This document shows positions 53,601-56,557 of a stretch of 56,557 bases of DNA, one piece after another (the stretch's first letter is position 1; each line of letters starts with the position of its first letter). A program made the position numbers and the translations under genes. The notes beneath the pieces are model-generated. The model saw only the letters and a program-made list of their open reading frames with translations. It was not told where the DNA came from and searched no databases. Origin of the DNA: Paraglomus brasilianum (Eukaryota); NCBI GenBank assembly GCA_910592345.1, contig CAJVPI010000090.1, positions 1 to 56,557 on the forward strand. The letters run 5' to 3'.

Positions 53601-56557
53601 CGTTGTCTACTCACTTTGCGAGACTACTATTGTTACCACAAAAGTTGTGAAACTCGGTATTCCAACATTATAAATGCTAAAATCCATGCGATATTTCTAT
53701 TGCTGAGTAACTTTCTTTGCTTATGGGGCACACAACAGAATATAAGCAATAGAAATGCAAATAGAAATCTTACAAATAAGCATCAAATAACTTATTTCCA
53801 TTGTATTTATCCAAGTTGCCAACGCAAAAGAGAATGATCACATCCCGTGAACTTGCATCTCCAGATAAGTGGTGCTTTCAAGACTCGGAATTAACCTGTC
53901 ATTGGCCAAAATTTATGGGGCATATTTCGATAAGAAGTATAACGCCACAAAAAATTTCTTGGGGTTGAGTTATTATTATGCGCCGAAATAAAAAATAAAT
54001 ATGGAAGCCAAAGCGATTATAATGCGCGTAACTTGTGAACGGTGAAACGTTCACTGTTGTAGATTTAATGACGTTCTCCAGTAATGGTAATAGTAATATT
54101 TCTGTACATTCTAACCAATCATTCATTTATCAGAAGATTATCGAATACAATCTTGCAGGTTGGTGCAGGTACGTATTTTGAGCGGGGAATGATAGTGGGC
54201 GAAAGCATTTTTTTTTTCGCCTTTTGTAAATCTTTCTGCGTGTGGTTGAACCCATTTCATCACGTATTAGTCTCAAAGTTCAAGGAACGGTTACCCGCAA
54301 AGTAATGGGAATTGTGAATCCGACAACGAGAACAGCATTTGCTGACTATGAAAAAGAACATGTACTTGGTGATACAAAGACCTACTGTGAAGATAGGCAC
54401 AGAAAATTAGCTCACTCAACAAATCAGAGCTTTAAACAAACTTTCTAAACTATATTCAGTAGATACTGTACACATGTAGATAGTAATAGGCTTTAACTCC
54501 CATATGAACAGTTGGAGAGTTTCAAGTTTAATAATATTAAGATTAATACTAGTATTATGTTAATGAAAATCTAGCTATAGCTCAATAATTAATTGGCCTA
54601 TCATAGAAGAAACAGTGAAGACAATGTGATATTGCATATGAACTGTATGATATATGATTCTTTTTCTGCACAGAAAACCACAGCATGACACTTTGCATCT
54701 AAATGGTTAGCTTTTTACAAAGCTTGATATAATATTGAGAAACATGATTGTCTCCTACAATATAAATAGTATGAGGGAGATTTAAGAGGGTTTTGAGTTA
54801 TTTTGATTTTTTGGCAGATAGATCCAAATGAAGTATGAAGGTCATTGTTATTTGATCCAGAAATATTTTCTTAAGCCTTAAAATTTCTCCTCATGCTCGG
54901 CTATTTGATTATTTTTTGTTTGACTTGATTGCCTTAAGAACTAATGTCAATTGTTTACATAAAGCACTTTACATATTCTGTCCTGTTATAGATAGTAATA
55001 GTTACTGTCTGACCAAGAATAGTATTATCATGGAGTGGGTATAACAAATAATATAATTATATTACACTGTACCCACTTAGTATAGGTTATATCCACTCAG
55101 TATCAGCTGGTTTAGCGGATTTAGCTTGATTTAACATCGGTTTTAGCGGATTTGACTCAATTTAGCCATTAGGTTATACCACTCAGTGATGATGAGTTTA
55201 CATTTACGTCGTCGTTCGAGTGACGACGAGTTTGCGATTGCGTCGTCATTGCAAGAGCTGGCTCGCGGCATTGGCTTGCGGAGTTAGTCTGTGGCGCTAG
55301 GCGACGTAGTCGCTTTGCAAAGCAAATAAATGATAATAAAATGATGCAATATTAATATCACAAGCCACCATTAGTAAGCTATGATACCGATAATACAAAC
55401 CATAATGTTGATTCTAAAGAACATAAGGGTATAAAAAATTACTAAAAGCCAGGGACAAAACTCTGCATTTTCAAACCCAAAATATTCTTCAGATAACATA
55501 AGATCGGCACATTAAAGCAAATATAACGATACGTTGGTATGCACCCGTTTCGAAGATAAAACGAGCTTAGGAAACGCCGGGCTTACAAAAACACACTAAA
55601 AAGATCCATACTTAACTTTTCGCAAAGCTGAAGGTCTGCCAGTCGGTGAAGAATAACGCGAGTCTGTAAATTAGTAGAAGTGACGCAGAACTCATTTTGT
55701 CGAAATGTGATTGGTTGGGTCAAGTGACAAATGTCAATTAAATGACTGATGACAGACTTTGCTTTAGTGTGGGCTCAGAAATAAATCCATAAATTGACTT
55801 TAATTCTACAATCAATTATAAGGGTGGTCTACAGTATCAGATAACATCACTTTAACAATTTGTTGTAAGGGCTGACAGATACACAGTTCTTTGCTTTAAA
55901 ATTTGATAAAAGTATGATATATATAGTAGTGTTGTTTGAACTGTATGGTTTAGCTGTTACTTTAGATTCACAATTACGGTCTGGATTACCACTCTTTAGA
56001 TGGTCTCAAAATGTACAGAGAATATACTCCTGCTGAAATAACTGTAAACTGTATTAGTATGTTAATATAGGGGGTTATCATATGAAAAATTATAAATATA
56101 ATTGTTCTATTAAATATAAAAAAAGCCATGCATTTCGTGAGATTATCAGTTTTTCAGGAAATAATGAAAACATTCTCGGATATCCAGTGAAGAAGTTTGC
56201 AATTAATAACTGCATGCAATAATAATAACTTGAACAATATACATGTAATAATCGATTTTATAAGACTTTATTGCATACATGTAATAATCGCGTCTATTAA
56301 TTTTACAACATTCTGTACTACTACGTTGTACACTTTCCTAATTTAGACAAGCATTCCCTTTTAGAGTGATTTAAGCTTAGCTTAGTCCCGTCTAAAATTT
56401 CTTTAACACCCCCAACTCTTGCAACTTATGGGCAAGAAGAGAAACTATGCCAGAACTGGTTAAATATATATGGACATGTTATACAGTAACGTGCAAAAGT
56501 ATCCTACCGGTTGTATCATCTAAACGTACATAATAATAACTCCTTAAATTTTCCAGG

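Noticed and set aside
51000..56557. Short ORFs such as 53334..53525 and 54242..54448
   Set aside because: Possibly pseudogene fragments, but no assignable domain or gene model.

Overview
Eukaryotic (fungal) nuclear DNA with short spliceosomal introns. Gene content suggests an early-diverging fungus of the Mucoromycota type (Glomeromycotina/Endogonales-like); this assignment is inference. The first ~10 kb is a mobile-element zone. It holds several copies of a Sola-like DNA transposon sharing one terminal motif, whose transposase and cargo ORFs are open only if UGA is read as Trp (Mollicutes-type code 4), interleaved with a disrupted Crinkler-like P-loop gene. A block of housekeeping genes follows: NDUFA11-like, spermidine synthase, GCN20/ABCF3, SEC66 and a CKAP2-like repeat protein. 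Next come a nested transposon graveyard (24-30 kb), a membrane/glycosyltransferase-like gene, HSP78, a FANCC-like gene and U2SURP. The standout is a 434-aa intein with a LAGLIDADG-type endonuclease domain inserted in the Walker A motif (GIGK|S) of GCN20, one codon downstream of a spliceosomal intron. Other highlights are a single-nucleotide exon in HSP78, code-4 cargo transposons, and several highly base-paired RNA elements in and upstream of the spermidine synthase gene. All calls come from reading the sequence by eye; no database searches were run.
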